DNA of 64,000 nucleotides from Treponemataceae bacterium. GTDB lineage: Bacteria > Spirochaetota > Spirochaetia > Treponematales > Rectinemataceae. How positions within the stretch are numbered: position 1 is the stretch's first letter; each line of letters begins with the position of its first letter. The notes under the pieces were generated by a model. The model saw nothing but the letters and a program-made list of their open reading frames with translations. It had not been told where the DNA came from and did no database searches. Made by a program: the position numbers and the translations under genes. The stretch lies in NCBI GenBank assembly GCA_963678065.2, contig CAXXVZ010000004.1, positions 384,001 through 448,000 on the forward strand, given 5' to 3'. This document shows, piece after piece, positions 1-9,039 of the stretch.

Positions 1-1
1 T

Positions 2-592
2 GTCGTTGATCATGACGAGGCCGGCGCCCGCCATCTTGTAGACCTTCGCGTGCATGAGGCCGATGGGACCGGCACCGATGACGAGAACCGATTCGCCGGG
101 CCTCACCTGCGAGCGTTCGAAGGAATTGTACACGCAGGACAAAGGCTCGGCCATCGCGGCCTCCGCGAAGGAGACGGAGTCCCCTATCGGGGAGAGGTTG
201 CCCTGGGTCACCGCCGCGGCGGGAATGAGGACATATTCGGCGAAGCCGCCGTCCATGGTCACGCCGATGGCCGAAAGCGCAGCGCAGAGATGGGTGTCCC
301 CCGCGACGCAGCGGTCGCAGACGCCGCAGCCGAAGTTCGGCGCGACTGCGACCCGCATGCCGGGAGCGTAGCCTCTGACGCCTTCTCCGATCGCCGCGAT
401 GGTTCCGGCGAACTCGTGTCCGAGCGTGAGCGGGAGGTTTTTCGCGCCGTTCCTGAACATCCGCACGTCGGTGCCGCAGATGAGAGCCGCCCCCGTCCTG
501 AGGAGAATCTCTCCCGCGCCCGGCTCCGGCACGGGCAGCTCGACGACGCGCAGATCGTCCGGGCCGAAAAGTCTGATTGCCTTCATGTTCAT
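2..592 (-). CDS. Zn-dependent alcohol/polyol dehydrogenase (MDR family), runs off the window edge
   Basis: Not in the ORF track. Manual translation gives MNMKAIRLFGPDDLRV...ICGTD...LGHEFAG...CGVCDRC...HLC...VIGAGPIG (catalytic and structural Zn ligands, Rossmann motif). AAGGAG RBS upstream. Confidence 0.9.
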   Translation of the reverse strand, partial: MNMKAIRLFGPDDLRVVELPVPEPGAGEILLRTGAALICGTDVRMFRNGAKNLPLTLGHEFAGTIAAIGEGVRGYAPGMRVAVAPNFGCGVCDRCVAGDTHLCAALSAIGVTMDGGFAEYVLIPAAAVTQGNLSPIGDSVSFAEAAMAEPLSCVYNSFERSQVRPGESVLVIGAGPIGLMHAKVYKMAGAGLVMIND

Positions 593-610
593 CCCGTTCT
601 CCTTAGTTTT

Positions 611-647
611 CGGTCCAGTTTTTTTCAGTCCAGTTTTTTCAGTCCAG
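611..647. repeat. Short 14-15 bp tandem repeat reiterating the last codons and stop of the 639-1661 gene
   Basis: cggtccagttttttt / cagtccagtttttt / cagtccag; on the minus strand CTG GAC TGA is repeated. Confidence 0.7.
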
Positions 648-1661
648 CCTGACGGGCCGCTTCTCGACTATCGAACGGTTGCCCGCGTTGACGACGCGCA
701 CCGCCTCGAGCCCGTCTTTGCCGCTGACCTCAGGCTCGGTGTCCGCGAGGACGCAGGCCGCGAAGGAGGCGTCCTCTTCCTTGTACGCTTCGATGAAGAG
801 ATTGCGCCAGCTCTTGACCGCGGGGCTCACGATGTCGGCCCCCGTCGAGCAGACGACCACGGAGGAATCCGCGAGCCCGCCGACGAAGAGGACGCCCTTC
901 GTTCCGAGAACCTCGAGCCGGGCGTCGTAGCCGTAGCCCACAGACACGGCGCCGTCGATGCAGCCCTGCATGCCGTTCGCGAAGCGCGCGTTCATGACGA
1001 CATTGTCGTAGAAATCGGGATAGCGTTCCCGCGCCTCTGGGCAGCGGTAATTCCCGGCGATCGCGTAGACCTCCGCGATGTCGCTGCCGGCGAACCAGCG
1101 CAGGGTGTCGATGTCGTGGCTGTTGACTTCGGCCAGGGGGCCGTTGCTCTTCGCGATGTCGTACATCCAGGCTTGCGGGACGCTGGGGCCGCGGGTGAGC
1201 GACTTCACAAGGACGACGTCGCCGATGCGCCCTTCGTCCACGGCCGCCTTGGCCTGCCGGAAGTTGCGGTCGAAGCGGCGCATGAATCCGATCTGAAGCT
1301 TGACCTTCGCCGCAGCGCAGGCCTCGTCCATGACGCGACACTCGTCCGCGTCCATGGCCATCGGCTTCTCGCACAGGACATGCTTGCCGGCAGCCGCGGC
1401 GGCGAGAACTATTTCCCTGTGGTAGACAGTCGGGGTGACGACGACGACAGCGTCGATATCCGGATCGTTCATCGCGTCGCGGTAATCCCTGTATCCCCTG
1501 TCCAGCCCGAGCTCGCTCTTCGCGGACTCAAGCGCATCTTCGAATGGGTCGACCATGGCGACGAGCTTCGCCCCCTCGATGCCCGCGGCGAAATTGCGGG
1601 CGTGGATGAGCCCCGCCCTTCCCGAACCTATGACCGCCACTCCGAGCTTCCCACTCTTCAT
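639..1661 (-). CDS. Gfo/Idh/MocA oxidoreductase, inositol 2-dehydrogenase (IolG)-like
   Basis: IGSGRAG Rossmann motif, CEKP, GFMRRFD, HDID, YGYDARLEV; AGGAG RBS. Confidence 0.9.
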   Translation of the reverse strand: MKSGKLGVAVIGSGRAGLIHARNFAAGIEGAKLVAMVDPFEDALESAKSELGLDRGYRDYRDAMNDPDIDAVVVVTPTVYHREIVLAAAAAGKHVLCEKPMAMDADECRVMDEACAAAKVKLQIGFMRRFDRNFRQAKAAVDEGRIGDVVLVKSLTRGPSVPQAWMYDIAKSNGPLAEVNSHDIDTLRWFAGSDIAEVYAIAGNYRCPEARERYPDFYDNVVMNARFANGMQGCIDGAVSVGYGYDARLEVLGTKGVLFVGGLADSSVVVCSTGADIVSPAVKSWRNLFIEAYKEEDASFAACVLADTEPEVSGKDGLEAVRVVNAGNRSIVEKRPVRLD

Positions 1662-1689
1662 CGTCGCTCTCCTTGCAGTTTATATTATC

Positions 1690-1718
1690 ACTTTATGTTG
1701 TTTAATAGCATTTGTCAA
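1690..1718 (-). promoter_or_regulatory. Sigma70-type promoter for the IolG-like/MDR genes
   Basis: TTGACA-N17-TAAAGT in an AT-rich gap. Confidence 0.65.
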
Positions 1719-1920
1719 GCTTTTATTTTCATTATACTATCTCTTTGACGATTCAGTTGCGCAAAACAACAACGCAGGGCAAAGCACGGATTCTGAGCGG
1801 CCGGGACAATACGGACACAACACAGAACCTCATGCTGAAGCCGCTACCGGAACCGCGGATTTCCTTTGCGGTCCCGGCCAATCAGAGAAAGGAATTGTCC
1901 TGTCGCGGGCGACGAAACCT

Positions 1921-2781
1921 TCAGGCCAGCCTTCCCCTGACAAACTCGAGCGCCAGGCGGGCCTCGTGATCCAGATCGCAGTCGGGCATCAGGGAACGCC
2001 AGACCTTGATGTCCCGGCCGACCTCGCCGCCGGGCATGAGGAAGGGCTCCATGACGATGGCTCCGCCATACCGCATGTCCCGGAGGGTGCGGCCGATGCC
2101 GTCCCAGGGAATGTGGCCGTAGCCCGGCGGCTTGCGGTTGTTCTCGCCAATGTGCAGATGGCCCAGCGCCGGCCCGGCTTTCTGTATCGCGGCGCAGATG
2201 TCGTCCTCCTCGATATTCATGTGGTAAGTGTCGAGGAGCATTTTCAGGTTCGGACTCCCGACCCTGCCGAGATACTCGAGCGCCTCGTCGCAGGTGTTGA
2301 GCATGAACTGCTCGAAGCGGTTGACCACCTCCACGTTGAAGACGACATTGTTGTCCTCGGCGGCCACGATCGCCTCCTTCATGCTGTCGACACTCCGGGC
2401 CAGGCTTGCGGCCTTGTCCTCCCCCGGCTCCAGGGTCGACGGCCATGAGCCGTACAGAATCCCCGACAGTTTTCCGCCCCCCATCTCTCCTATCGCGCCG
2501 GCCATCTCCTTGAGGAAGGCGACTCCGCCGCGCCTGATGGCGGCGTTTGCGCTCGAGACATCGTGCTTCGCGGTGAGCCCGATACAGTAGCTGAGCTCGA
2601 TGCCCCGATCCTGTGCGGCACGCTTCAACTCGCGCCTGGCCGCCTTCGACATGAGCGCGATCGTGCCTCCGTTGACTTCGAGAATATCGAAGCCGAGCCC
2701 GGCGACTTTGTGCACGTACGGCACAAAATCGGCGTCCCAATCGTGGGTCCAGTAGGCGTAATAGATGCCGACTTTGTTCAT
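1921..2781 (-). CDS. Ketose 3-epimerase (D-psicose/D-tagatose 3-epimerase family)
   Basis: N-terminal GIYYAYW; EVVNRFE, LDTYHMNIEE, HIGENNR and MEPF supply the Glu/Asp/His/Glu metal site. Confidence 0.9.
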   Translation of the reverse strand: MNKVGIYYAYWTHDWDADFVPYVHKVAGLGFDILEVNGGTIALMSKAARRELKRAAQDRGIELSYCIGLTAKHDVSSANAAIRRGGVAFLKEMAGAIGEMGGGKLSGILYGSWPSTLEPGEDKAASLARSVDSMKEAIVAAEDNNVVFNVEVVNRFEQFMLNTCDEALEYLGRVGSPNLKMLLDTYHMNIEEDDICAAIQKAGPALGHLHIGENNRKPPGYGHIPWDGIGRTLRDMRYGGAIVMEPFLMPGGEVGRDIKVWRSLMPDCDLDHEARLALEFVRGRLA

Positions 2782-4208
2782 CGCTCGCCTCCGTCAAAAA
2801 CATCGGATCCGATGCCGAGGATCCTCGCGAGCATGAGGAGCTCGCGGACATGGTCGCCGTATACGCCGTGGATGTGGTTGCAGGGAAAGTGGTTCAGGAA
2901 ATAGCCGGCTGAAGACTTAAGGCGTGCGAAGGCGACGGGCCATTCCGGAGTCACGGTCGAGGCCTTCCGGAGCGCGACATCCCGGGGAAATTCGACAAAC
3001 GCGCCCGGCACTATGGAGAGTCGGTAGACGCCATCCTTCCTCGCGAGGCGCGCGAGAGTAACCTCGCCGGGAGCCGCGAAGTGCTGCACCGAGGCGCCGC
3101 CGGCCGGATAGTAATTCTTTTCCGGATAAAACGTGACGTTCCGGAGATTCACGGCGGGATCGGCCGATCTTCCGGCGAACCAGGTCGCGTGGGTGCCTGA
3201 GTTCGAGAAGTACCATACATCGTCTTCGCTGTCATAATGGCGGACATCCGCAAACAGGACGGGTTGGCCGGTGATCAGTTTCAGGAACTGCATGGTGAGG
3301 GCCCCGTCCATGTCCGCCTCCGTCGCCGCGACGATGGGCTCGTGGGCGCCGTCCCAGTCGTAGGGATCGTTGAGGAAGGCCTCCGCGATATCCATGGTCG
3401 CGAAGCTCTCCGTCAGGTCCCCGTGAGCCTTTATGCCGATGAAATCGAGGCCGCGCTCGTCGATGATCCGTCTGAGCGCGTAGTAGGACCGGATCTGCGT
3501 CCTGAGTTTTTCGGGCGTGAGGCCCGAACCGTCGTACCGTATTTCGCCCACGTTTTTTTCGAGCCAGGCGAGAGCGGCATCGACCCTGGAAGAATCGACT
3601 TCCTCCGAATACCGCACGATGTCATGCTGCTCGACATGCTCGACATCGACGCCGAAATCCCGCATCCACTGATCGAGGGCGCTGACCGCCGTGTACATGC
3701 CCATGGGTCTGCCGCCGAAAAGCCCGAAGGTCTGTCCCTTCACCCGGGAGACGGCGGCCGCCGTCCGGACAAAGCGCATGACCGCCGCGAGCACCTCCGG
3801 TTCGCGTATGTCGCCCCAGAGGCGCTCATGAGTGAGGGCCAGTTGGTCGAGCGTTCCTGCTGCGGCGAGCATGCCGACCATTCCCGGCTCCGAGGGATTG
3901 ATGTTGCAGAACACGAGGAAGGGACCGGGCGCGAACTTCGACGCGAGCGCCGTCAGGTGGGGGTAGCACCAGATGGCGTAGTTGAAGATCGTGAGCTCGA
4001 CCCCGGCGGAGCGGAGCCGCTTGGACTCGGCGACTGCGGCCCTGTTGTCGGAAATGATCCTGTCGCCCGTCACGACTTCGACGAGCCCCGTGGATTCGAG
4101 CGCGCCTTTAAGTCTGTCCTGGTATCCTCTCGTCACGGGGAGAAGTTCTTCGTGCAGATAGCTCCGCCCGTCGGAAAAAGTCAGGATTCCCACTTTGATT
4201 TTATCCAT
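2778..4208 (-). CDS. L-fucose/D-arabinose isomerase (FucI) family protein
   Basis: ATEADMDGA, FADVRH and CNHIHG match the FucI Mn ligands (Glu, Asp, His); PMGMYT. Confidence 0.85.
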   Translation of the reverse strand: MDKIKVGILTFSDGRSYLHEELLPVTRGYQDRLKGALESTGLVEVVTGDRIISDNRAAVAESKRLRSAGVELTIFNYAIWCYPHLTALASKFAPGPFLVFCNINPSEPGMVGMLAAAGTLDQLALTHERLWGDIREPEVLAAVMRFVRTAAAVSRVKGQTFGLFGGRPMGMYTAVSALDQWMRDFGVDVEHVEQHDIVRYSEEVDSSRVDAALAWLEKNVGEIRYDGSGLTPEKLRTQIRSYYALRRIIDERGLDFIGIKAHGDLTESFATMDIAEAFLNDPYDWDGAHEPIVAATEADMDGALTMQFLKLITGQPVLFADVRHYDSEDDVWYFSNSGTHATWFAGRSADPAVNLRNVTFYPEKNYYPAGGASVQHFAAPGEVTLARLARKDGVYRLSIVPGAFVEFPRDVALRKASTVTPEWPVAFARLKSSAGYFLNHFPCNHIHGVYGDHVRELLMLARILGIGSDVFDGGER

Positions 4209-5217
4209 GCTTCCGGTCTCCTTGTGTCTGTCGCGGTATCCGCGCCGGGATGGCCCTGGGGCGGGTGCCCCTCTTGAGGGAATCCGCGTACATAGCCGCG
4301 AGGATTATCCCGCCGCGGACGAAGGGGTAGAGGTAGGGCGAGGCCCCGACGTGATTCAGTCCATTTTCGATGATGCCGAGGGTGAGCGCGCCCAGCACGA
4401 AATTGGGAAGGATCGCTCCCTCGCCGCCGAAGAGGCTGATTCCACCGATGACGATGGCCGCGATGGCGGTGAATTCCATGCCCACACCCATCTGGAGCGT
4501 GACAGCCCCGATCTGGAAAACCATGAAGAGCCCGCCGAGACCGGCGCAGAAGCCTGACAGAACGAAGGCGGCAAGTGTGACTGCCTTGACCCGTATGCCG
4601 AGGCGGCCCGCCGTCTCCTTGTTGTTTCCGATAGCCATGATGTGGCGACCGAAAGGCGTCCTCGTGTGGACGAGATGGACGACGAAAAGGAAGGCGATGC
4701 CTATCAGTATGTCGAGATAGACGGGGCCGATGCGGAAATTTCCGAATGCGCGGAGGCCTTCGTCGATGCTTATGACGCGGGAACCCGTGATCTGAAGGGC
4801 GAGGCCGCGGAATACGAACATCGAGCCCATCGTCGTGATGAGCGGGTTGACCTTCAGGTACACGAAGACCAGGCCGTTGAGAAGGCCGCAGGCCGCGCCG
4901 GTCCCGACGACGAGAGGAAGGGCCAGAACGGGGGAAAGGCCTGATCTCGCCATGAGCACGGCGCCGATCGCGCTGCTGAAAAAGGAAATCGAGCCTATGG
5001 ATATGTCCAGGTTGCCGGTCATGACGATGAGGGCGAGCCCCGCAGCCATGATCATGAGGGGCGCACTGGCGTGAAAGAGGCCGAGAATGTTGGTCACTGA
5101 CAGAAAACGCTGTGTCGAAAGAGAAAATCCCAGCACCACGAGGCAGAGGATGACGATGAACCCGTACTCGCGCAGAATCCCGGCAAACCGGGCTATCGGC
5201 GTGTTCTCACGCTTCAT
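4201..5217 (-). CDS. Monosaccharide ABC transporter permease (RbsC family)
   Basis: Hydrophobic; GNLDISIGS, AIVIGGISLFGGEG. Start moved to MKRENT (GGAGG RBS, ATGA overlap). Confidence 0.9.
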   Translation of the reverse strand: MKRENTPIARFAGILREYGFIVILCLVVLGFSLSTQRFLSVTNILGLFHASAPLMIMAAGLALIVMTGNLDISIGSISFFSSAIGAVLMARSGLSPVLALPLVVGTGAACGLLNGLVFVYLKVNPLITTMGSMFVFRGLALQITGSRVISIDEGLRAFGNFRIGPVYLDILIGIAFLFVVHLVHTRTPFGRHIMAIGNNKETAGRLGIRVKAVTLAAFVLSGFCAGLGGLFMVFQIGAVTLQMGVGMEFTAIAAIVIGGISLFGGEGAILPNFVLGALTLGIIENGLNHVGASPYLYPFVRGGIILAAMYADSLKRGTRPRAIPARIPRQTQGDRKHG

Positions 5218-6731
5218 TTCAGGACCTCCTGACGCGCCCCGACGGCCGCCGAAAGCAGCTCTTCCTTGCTCGCGCCGGAATCGAGCCGCGCGACTATCCT
5301 TCCCCGGTCGATGACGAGGTAGCGGTGACTGACGCTCATGATTTCCTCTATCTCCGAAGAGATGACGAGGATGGAGGCTCCGCCCGAGGCCAGGGTTCCG
5401 ATCATTTCCTGGATTTCGATTTTCGCCCCCACGTCGAGCCCCCGCGTCGGTTCGTCCATGATCAGGATGGGAGGATTCTTCTGCAGCCACCGGCTCAGGA
5501 TGACCTTCTGCTGATTGCCCCCCGAGAGGGTCGCGACGGGCTGCTCCATATCCGATACCTTGATGCCGAGTCGGGCGATGAGCCGCCCTGCCTCGGATTT
5601 TTCTCTTTTCTCGTCGATGAGAGGCCAGAACTTCGAGACAAGGCCGGGAAGACTTGCCAGAGAAATGTTTTTCCTGACCGATGAGCGCAGAAGGAGCCCG
5701 TCATCGCGGCGGTTTTCGGTGATGAGCCCTATCCATTTCTGGGCCGATCTCTGCCTGATGCGCGCGCGGCCCGCGGGCGTGCCGACAGAAATTTCGCCTC
5801 TGTCGATCGAATCGAGCCCGGCAAGAGCCCTGGCGAGCTCCGTCCTGCCGGAACCGAGGAGTCCCCAGAGTCCGACAACCTCACCTTTGTGCAGCTCGAA
5901 GTCTATATTTTCGATCACGCCGGACCTGGTCAGATCCCTGACCTCGAGCGCGATGGCCCCGGATCGCTTTTTTGCCACGCCCGGCGCGCCCCGGAGATCC
6001 GGCTGTGCCCTTCCGAGCATGAGCTGCACGATTTTTTCGTAATTCAGGGCGCCGATGGAATCCCCGCCTGCGACCTCCCCGTTCCTGAGCACCAATGCCC
6101 GATCGCAGAGAGTGAAAACCTCGTCGAGGAAATGCGTGATGTAGATGATGGTGGCTCCGCCCGCCTTGAGCTTTTTTATCACGCCGAAGAGCCTCTCCTT
6201 CTCCAGGCCGGAAAGAGACGATGTCGGCTCGTCGAAGATGACTATCCGGGGGTTCCCGAGGAGGGCCCTCGCGATCTCGACCATCTGGCGGTCGCCTGAG
6301 CCAAGGTTTTTCACCTTGGTTTTCGGAGGAAACGAGCAGCCGAGGGACTTGAGGATTTCCGAGCACCGCGCAGTCGCCGATCTGAAATCGATGAGCCGGG
6401 CGCCTGTTCTCGGAAAGGATGAAATGTACATGTTTTCCGCTATCGTCATGGTGGGCAGAAGGGCCATCTCCTGATGGACGAAGGCGATGCCGCACCGGGC
6501 GGCGTCAAGGGGGCTGTTGATGGCAGCGGGCTTTCCCCCGATCTCGATGCTCCCGGAATCCATGCGAAGGACGCCGCCCAGCACGTTCATGAGCGTGCTC
6601 TTGCCGGCTCCATTCGCTCCTATGAGAGCCAGGACCTCCCCCGGAAAGGCCTCGAGGCTTATGCCGTTCAGAGCCCTGATGCCCGGAAAACTTTTGGTGA
6701 TTCCCGTCAATTTCAGACTGGATGCTGTCAT
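5214..6731 (-). CDS. Monosaccharide ABC transporter ATPase (RbsA/MglA, two NBDs)
   Basis: GANGAGKST, FDEPT, LSGGNQQK, DEPTRGLDVGAK; start MTASSLK. Confidence 0.93.
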   Translation of the reverse strand: MTASSLKLTGITKSFPGIRALNGISLEAFPGEVLALIGANGAGKSTLMNVLGGVLRMDSGSIEIGGKPAAINSPLDAARCGIAFVHQEMALLPTMTIAENMYISSFPRTGARLIDFRSATARCSEILKSLGCSFPPKTKVKNLGSGDRQMVEIARALLGNPRIVIFDEPTSSLSGLEKERLFGVIKKLKAGGATIIYITHFLDEVFTLCDRALVLRNGEVAGGDSIGALNYEKIVQLMLGRAQPDLRGAPGVAKKRSGAIALEVRDLTRSGVIENIDFELHKGEVVGLWGLLGSGRTELARALAGLDSIDRGEISVGTPAGRARIRQRSAQKWIGLITENRRDDGLLLRSSVRKNISLASLPGLVSKFWPLIDEKREKSEAGRLIARLGIKVSDMEQPVATLSGGNQQKVILSRWLQKNPPILIMDEPTRGLDVGAKIEIQEMIGTLASGGASILVISSEIEEIMSVSHRYLVIDRGRIVARLDSGASKEELLSAAVGARQEVLK

Positions 6732-6735
6732 GGCT

Positions 6736-7743
6736 TCACTCCTGGCTTCGCTTCGACCGCGAATCGATCGCGACGACGGCGATGATGACAAGACCCTTCA
6801 CGATCAGCGTCGCGTAGTAGGAAAGGTGGGCCATGTTCATGATGTTGCTTATCATCGTGATGATGACGGCGCCGAGTACGGCCCCGGGAAAGAAGCCGGC
6901 CCCGCCGTTGATGCTCACGCCGCCGACGACAGCTGACCCTACGACATTGAGCACGACGCCCTCCTGGCCCATCGTCGAGGAGGCGGAGGCGAGTCTCGCC
7001 GTCACGATTATCGCCGCGAGCCCTGCGAAGAAGCCGGCGAAGACGTAGGCGCCGAACAGGACCAGCCTCTTCGGAATTCCGCTCACCCGCGCCGTCTCGG
7101 CATTGATGCCCACCGCGTAGAGCCAGCGGCCGAATATGCTTTTCCCCGCAAGAAGGCCTACGACGAGGGCCGTGACCGCGAGGGCGAGCACAGGAAAGGG
7201 GATGATCCAGATCCTGGCCATGACGAAGTCCAGAAATCCCTGGTGCAGACCGAGCACACTGACGGAGTTGGTTATCATGACGCAGGCGCCCATGGCGATG
7301 GCCTGAGTCGAAAGCGTCACCACGAAGGGAATCATCCTGAGATACGCGACTGCGAAGCCATTGAGCGCGCCTCCCGCGATGCCGACGCCTACCATCATGA
7401 GGGCTCCGATCACGGGATTGCCGCCCGAGCGCATGTACATGGAGCCCAGGATTCCGCCGAGCGCCATGAGTGCGGGTATCGAGAGGTCCATGCCCCCGGT
7501 GATGAGGACGGCCGTCATGCCGATGGCCATGAAGCCGAGCGCCGAGGACTGCATGAGGATGTTGACGAGATTGTTGACCGTGAAAAAATTCCTGACCGTG
7601 AGGCCGAGAACGGCCGTGATCGCCAGAAAGAGGATGAGCGGCAAGAGCCGGACGAGAGGCCGTACGGCAGCCCCCGGGGCGCCAGCCTTCCGTCCGCCGA
7701 TCCGGAGCTCCGGAACAGGCTTCGCTGCGCTAGTGTGATTCAT
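6736..7743 (-). CDS. Monosaccharide ABC transporter permease (RbsC family)
   Basis: GGMDLS, VVGGVSINGGAG; start MNHTSAAK after GGAG. Confidence 0.9.
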   Translation of the reverse strand: MNHTSAAKPVPELRIGGRKAGAPGAAVRPLVRLLPLILFLAITAVLGLTVRNFFTVNNLVNILMQSSALGFMAIGMTAVLITGGMDLSIPALMALGGILGSMYMRSGGNPVIGALMMVGVGIAGGALNGFAVAYLRMIPFVVTLSTQAIAMGACVMITNSVSVLGLHQGFLDFVMARIWIIPFPVLALAVTALVVGLLAGKSIFGRWLYAVGINAETARVSGIPKRLVLFGAYVFAGFFAGLAAIIVTARLASASSTMGQEGVVLNVVGSAVVGGVSINGGAGFFPGAVLGAVIITMISNIMNMAHLSYYATLIVKGLVIIAVVAIDSRSKRSQE

Positions 7744-7831
7744 TGCGTTCTCCAGATGGGCATGTATCGCGGGAATGGACCGGCGGCCCGAAGGCCGCCG
7801 GTCGCGGAACCGGTGTCCGTGAGGGAGTTTC

Positions 7832-8839
7832 TCAGTCTTTGTACTCGCGGGCCCACATCTTTTCGAGCTTGTCGACATTGGAAGGGGTGGCGACCCGGCC
7901 GGCGACGAGGAAATCCTGACCGTTGAGCTTCTCGCCCGAGGCGAGGCGGACCGCTACCTTGACGAGTTCCACGGCGTGGAAGTAGGCGTCATAGGTTGTC
8001 GCCACGTCGATGTAGCCCTTCTTCATCGCCTCGTAACCCTGAGGATTGACGTCCTGCGTGGCGATATACATGTGCTTCGGATCCCCGATGGGAGCCCAGC
8101 GTCCTGCGTTCTGCAGCGCGGTCTGCACCGCGGAGAAGGCGAAGTCGCTGGCTATGAACATGCAGTTGGCCTCGGGGTGGGCCTGGAGGGCGTTGGCCGT
8201 CCCGGTCATGAACTTCTGGGGGTCCCACTCGGTCGGAACCTGGATCACGGTGCTCCACTGCCCCTTTTCGCTCTCGACCTTGTGCCAGCCGTTGGATCTC
8301 TGGACCGCGTTCATGTCGCGCAGGTCGCCCATGAGCTCGATGGCCTTGCCCTTGATTCCCTTGTCCGCCAGGATCTTGGCGAAGGCCTCCGCCGTGGAGA
8401 TGGCCTGATTGAAGCTGTCGGCGCCGACGTGGGCGTCGGGCTTCACGCCGGAAGACTTCCGGTCGAAGGTGATGAATTTGACCCCGGCCTTGCGCGCCGC
8501 CGTAATGGAAGCTCCGATCGCGGCCGCATCGTGGGGCCTCGCTATGATGATGTCCACCTTCTGGTTGATGAGATCTTCTATATTGGAAGCCTGCTGCGAG
8601 GGATCGCTGTCGGCGACGTTCACGATCCACTTGAACGCGATGCCGTTCTTTTTGCCGTATTCGGCGCTGTAGCTCTTCATGTAGTCTTCCCAGGCCTGGA
8701 TCAGGGCGTGCATCTTCTCGTTCCACGAAATACCGATGGTAATCGTTTTGGGTGTTCCCGGGCTCTGCGCCCAGACGGAAGTCGATGCGCCGAAAACCGC
8801 GAGACACAGCGCGAGACACAGAATCATTTTGCCCTTCAT
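7832..8839 (-). CDS. Sugar ABC substrate-binding protein (RbsB-type)
   Basis: Signal peptide ending VWA-Q; QQASNIEDLINQKVD, ITFDR; GAGG RBS. Confidence 0.9.
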   Translation of the reverse strand: MKGKMILCLALCLAVFGASTSVWAQSPGTPKTITIGISWNEKMHALIQAWEDYMKSYSAEYGKKNGIAFKWIVNVADSDPSQQASNIEDLINQKVDIIIARPHDAAAIGASITAARKAGVKFITFDRKSSGVKPDAHVGADSFNQAISTAEAFAKILADKGIKGKAIELMGDLRDMNAVQRSNGWHKVESEKGQWSTVIQVPTEWDPQKFMTGTANALQAHPEANCMFIASDFAFSAVQTALQNAGRWAPIGDPKHMYIATQDVNPQGYEAMKKGYIDVATTYDAYFHAVELVKVAVRLASGEKLNGQDFLVAGRVATPSNVDKLEKMWAREYKD

Positions 8840-9039
8840 GCTCTTCCTCCTCTAAGGAATGTCGTGATGGGCACAGTGTCGACCCGGTTTCCGGAAACGG
8901 CATAGAGACGAGTTCCTGCGATCAGTTCACTTTTCAGCTCTCCGCTTGTTTGAAATCGGCACTTTCTTTCACTTATCGCACCTTTTCATTGTCCACAGCG
9001 AAAAGTGGACGTATAGTTCGGTATGAAAGGGCGGCGGGA

